A stretch of 37,163 bases of DNA, taken from the IMG/VR virus record IMGVR_UViG_3300012346_000093, positions 1-37,163 of that record; one strand, given 5' to 3'. The notes under the pieces were generated by a model. It was not told the origin of the DNA. It ran no database searches and saw nothing but the letters and a program-made list of their open reading frames with translations. This document shows, in pieces, positions 34,426-37,163 of the stretch; within the stretch, counting starts at the first letter, position 1; the number at the start of each line of letters is the position of its first letter. Source of the DNA: a virus (lineage: Duplodnaviria > Caudoviricetes). A program made the position numbers and the translations under genes.

Positions 34426-36390
34426 TTAAACAAAATACGTGATGGAGCCACGGAAAATAACGCTTCCGCCAGTTGGCACGTCTCCAGTTCCCACGGTCAA
34501 TATCGGGACACCAGAGCCCGACGCTCTGATTCTAATGAACAGTGCATTTTCTTCAATGTTCAGCGTGTAGTTTGTATAACCTGCCTTTGTGATGCCTTGG
34601 AACTCAAGGTCACCGCTGAAAGATTGAACTTGAGTCGATGAGGTGAATGGAAGGCCTGTGATGTACAGGTCTCCTGTGGCCGTGGTGTATGCAAAAGATG
34701 AGGTAACAATCTCAAAAGTGGCAGCAACAGTGTTTCCTGTGCGAATGTAATTTCCAGATCGCGTGGAGTACGTGACGGCCAAGTTCCCAGGGTTTGAGAA
34801 TGTGATCGCTGGCGTCCATGTTGCTGGGTCTTGTCCCAAGTTTCCGTAGATCGAAATATTCTCAACTGCAAGCGGAAGATCGAAAATTGCCGTGCCGTTT
34901 TCGATCATTACGTTATTGGCAATCACGATGTAATCTGATGCCGACGCGCCTGCGTCGAAACCTATTCCGGCAGAGGTATTGCCCAACAGTCCTGCGCCCT
35001 CGCCGATGGTTGCCCCCATCACTCGGAGGTCGGTCACAGTGTCGTTGATGTAGATCCCAAATTCGTTCTGACAGATTTCACCGCCGTTGATAACGATGTC
35101 AGACAGCGTGCCGCCAAGTGCCATGCCTGAATCACCATTGAGCATCAAGTGAGGTGATTCAAAGTGGATGCCAGACACAATGCCTGTTCCAGCGTTGTTT
35201 ATAAAAACGCCATCTCCAGTCGATGAGGATGCCCAGCAATTGGCAAACCTGCACCGCACCACTGAACCCGTTCCAGTGGCAGCAATGCGAATACCGTTGC
35301 CGCTGCTGTTGTCAAAGAAGCAGTTGTTGACGTACAAGCTGAACACACTGCCGTCTGCTGTGTTGGAGCCTTGAGTTGCCGTAATGGGGTCCACCAGCAA
35401 AGCATTGCCCTGCTGAATGACTGAGGTGTTGCTGATGATGAGTGCTGACGAGTTGCGAACCCGGATGCCTGCACTACTCACCTGAGGAGACTGAGCACCC
35501 ATTAAAACATCGTCAATCAGTTGGCTGTTGTCACCGCCCTCTGCGCGAATACGGATTGCATTGGTTGCACCATCTTGGAAACGACCGTGACGGATGCGGC
35601 TGACATTTCCGGTCATCAAAATACCGTTGAAATCGCCAGTCATGTGGAAATCTTCAATGAATGATTCTGGGCCACTCAGCCACACGTAACTTCCTGCTGT
35701 TTGCGTTGTGCCAAGAGCGTCAAAGCGCATGGATTGAATGCCAGAACCAGTGCCTCGGCATTCAAACAAGTAGCCGTCAACGGGGCTTGCTGTGATTGAT
35801 CTGATGGTGGTTGCGTTGCGGCCAGCGCCCGTTACCATAACGCCGTTTCCGAGCCACCCGCCGCCCTGGTAGCGATAGATTCCTGCTGGAAAATGAAGCT
35901 GGACGGCTCCAGCGGCATTGGCTGCGATGAGGGCCGTGTTAATGGCGTCCGTATCGTCTGTTGTTCCGTCACCAGTAGCGCCGAAGTCTTGCACGCTGAC
36001 TGTTTGAGCCAGCTTGGCCTCGACGTTTGTTGGCACTGAGTCCACATAAGGTGGATCGTAGGTGATTTGACTGGCATCAAGGTTTGGACCAATGCCTGTG
36101 CCATCTGCAAAGCTGTAAACCAACGAGCCTTTGCTGTCTTGCACCAAGATGCTGAAGTTCACACCGTCCACATAGATCTTGGCAGGAGAGCCGCTGCGGT
36201 AGATGTAGCCATTGATGGTCCGCAGTGGCTGTGCTGCTGGGATGGTCAGGGCTGCGTCAAAGTACGCGACCACAGGGTTGGTCTGCGGGTTCAGGTTGGG
36301 CTCGCCAATCCAGACATAGCCGTTGTCCAAGGGCTGCCCATCCCGGTCCTGAAAGACTGGAAACGGGACTTGGATTGAAAGTGCGGACAT
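34426..36390 (-). CDS. Tailspike with head-binding domain and right-handed beta-helix (depolymerase-like)
   Basis: DGQPLDNGYVWIG..N..P...P..A.FD...QPLRT, VSVQDFGATGDGTTDDT.AI, FPAG.Y; SD CAGGAG. Confidence 0.88.
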   Translation of the reverse strand: MSALSIQVPFPVFQDRDGQPLDNGYVWIGEPNLNPQTNPVVAYFDAALTIPAAQPLRTINGYIYRSGSPAKIYVDGVNFSILVQDSKGSLVYSFADGTGIGPNLDASQITYDPPYVDSVPTNVEAKLAQTVSVQDFGATGDGTTDDTDAINTALIAANAAGAVQLHFPAGIYRYQGGGWLGNGVMVTGAGRNATTIRSITASPVDGYLFECRGTGSGIQSMRFDALGTTQTAGSYVWLSGPESFIEDFHMTGDFNGILMTGNVSRIRHGRFQDGATNAIRIRAEGGDNSQLIDDVLMGAQSPQVSSAGIRVRNSSALIISNTSVIQQGNALLVDPITATQGSNTADGSVFSLYVNNCFFDNSSGNGIRIAATGTGSVVRCRFANCWASSSTGDGVFINNAGTGIVSGIHFESPHLMLNGDSGMALGGTLSDIVINGGEICQNEFGIYINDTVTDLRVMGATIGEGAGLLGNTSAGIGFDAGASASDYIVIANNVMIENGTAIFDLPLAVENISIYGNLGQDPATWTPAITFSNPGNLAVTYSTRSGNYIRTGNTVAATFEIVTSSFAYTTATGDLYITGLPFTSSTQVQSFSGDLEFQGITKAGYTNYTLNIEENALFIRIRASGSGVPILTVGTGDVPTGGSVIFRGSITYFV

Positions 36391-36421
36391 TTATGGGTTC
36401 TCCTGAATGGCAGATTGTCGC

Positions 36422-37163
36422 TTAGGGTTGCACTGGTGGCAATGCGTTGAGGGCTTCGTTGATCTTGGCCTTGGTGCGCCCGTCTTGGCGCATCTTGATA
36501 ATCTGGCGAATGCCAGAGGCCACGGGCAATGGCAAGCCTGTGAGTGCTCCTGTGGCCCCGGCTTCTGCCATGGCTGCCATGAGGGTTCCCGTAGTGCCTG
36601 ATGTATTAATGAGCGTGCCTGGTGGCACGGTGGTGACGTAGCGCACCACGTCGTCAAGGTCTCGCACGATCTGCGCGTTCTTCTTGCCGAGCATGACGTC
36701 GAGGCGGCCATTGGCGTCAAGAGCTTGCACGGTCTGGTGCAGCTTGGCAGGTGAGACCATGGCGCGGTCCATGGAGTCCATGCCCATACCTTTGGTGGCC
36801 TCGTCTCTGAGGTGACGAACGGTGGCCCCTTGCAGTTCTTTCCATGCCTGCTGGCCGTCTTTGCCGCTGGTGACCAAGACGCGCTTGAGGAATGTGATTT
36901 CCTCGGGCGATGAGTTCAGCACGGACTTTCTGAAAACCTGGTCGGCTGCAACTTGCGGGTCTTCCATGCCTTTTCGGTTTTTGATGAGACGGGCAACGAT
37001 GGCGCGGTTCTCAAACTTGCGTGCCTGCTCGGTGCGGATCTGACGCGCTTTTTTGTAGAGGTCGCCGCCCATGCCTTCGGTTTCAACATCAAAGGCGCGT
37101 TTGAGGCTGCCGCCATGGAATTGGTCTGCACCTTCAAAGCCTGCACGCTGAAAGGTTTGGCGC
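36422..37163 (-). CDS. Large ejection protein, C-terminal part; enters from the window end
   Basis: Frame open from 37162 to the stop at 36422; ...NTSGT...; directly upstream of the tailspike as in P22-like order. Confidence 0.75.
   Translation of the reverse strand, partial: RQTFQRAGFEGADQFHGGSLKRAFDVETEGMGGDLYKKARQIRTEQARKFENRAIVARLIKNRKGMEDPQVAADQVFRKSVLNSSPEEITFLKRVLVTSGKDGQQAWKELQGATVRHLRDEATKGMGMDSMDRAMVSPAKLHQTVQALDANGRLDVMLGKKNAQIVRDLDDVVRYVTTVPPGTLINTSGTTGTLMAAMAEAGATGALTGLPLPVASGIRQIIKMRQDGRTKAKINEALNALPPVQP

Overview
The window is essentially a whole ~37 kb podovirus-type phage genome with P22-like virion genes, linearised inside its largest ejection-protein gene (N-terminal part at 1109->1, C-terminal part at 37163->36422). 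The minus-strand arm runs Cro-like HTH, TOPRIM primase-AAA helicase, a candidate origin (iterons plus a DnaA box), TerS, TerL, portal, scaffold, coat, gp4/gp10-like tail proteins and ejection proteins. It continues across the junction into tailspike, fibre, a GIY-YIG endonuclease and lysis genes. The plus-strand arm (18505-30454) carries a Sak4-like ATPase, DUF669 SSB, Cas4-like nuclease, HNH, SF2 helicase, C5 methyltransferase, VRR-NUC, Arc-like regulator, MazG-like protein, glutaredoxin and many small translationally coupled ORFs. I saw no integrase, CI repressor, DNA polymerase, tRNA or CRISPR array. The most notable observations are: an HNH cassette that truncated the helicase 5' end and supplied a replacement start and promoter; an iteron/DnaA-box origin; a recurrent GACAAT promoter element followed by candidate structured leaders (a pseudoknot before the scaffold gene); a well-signalled gene broken by one amber codon; and proteins built from variable cassettes between conserved linkers. 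All product calls come from motif recognition and synteny, not database searches.
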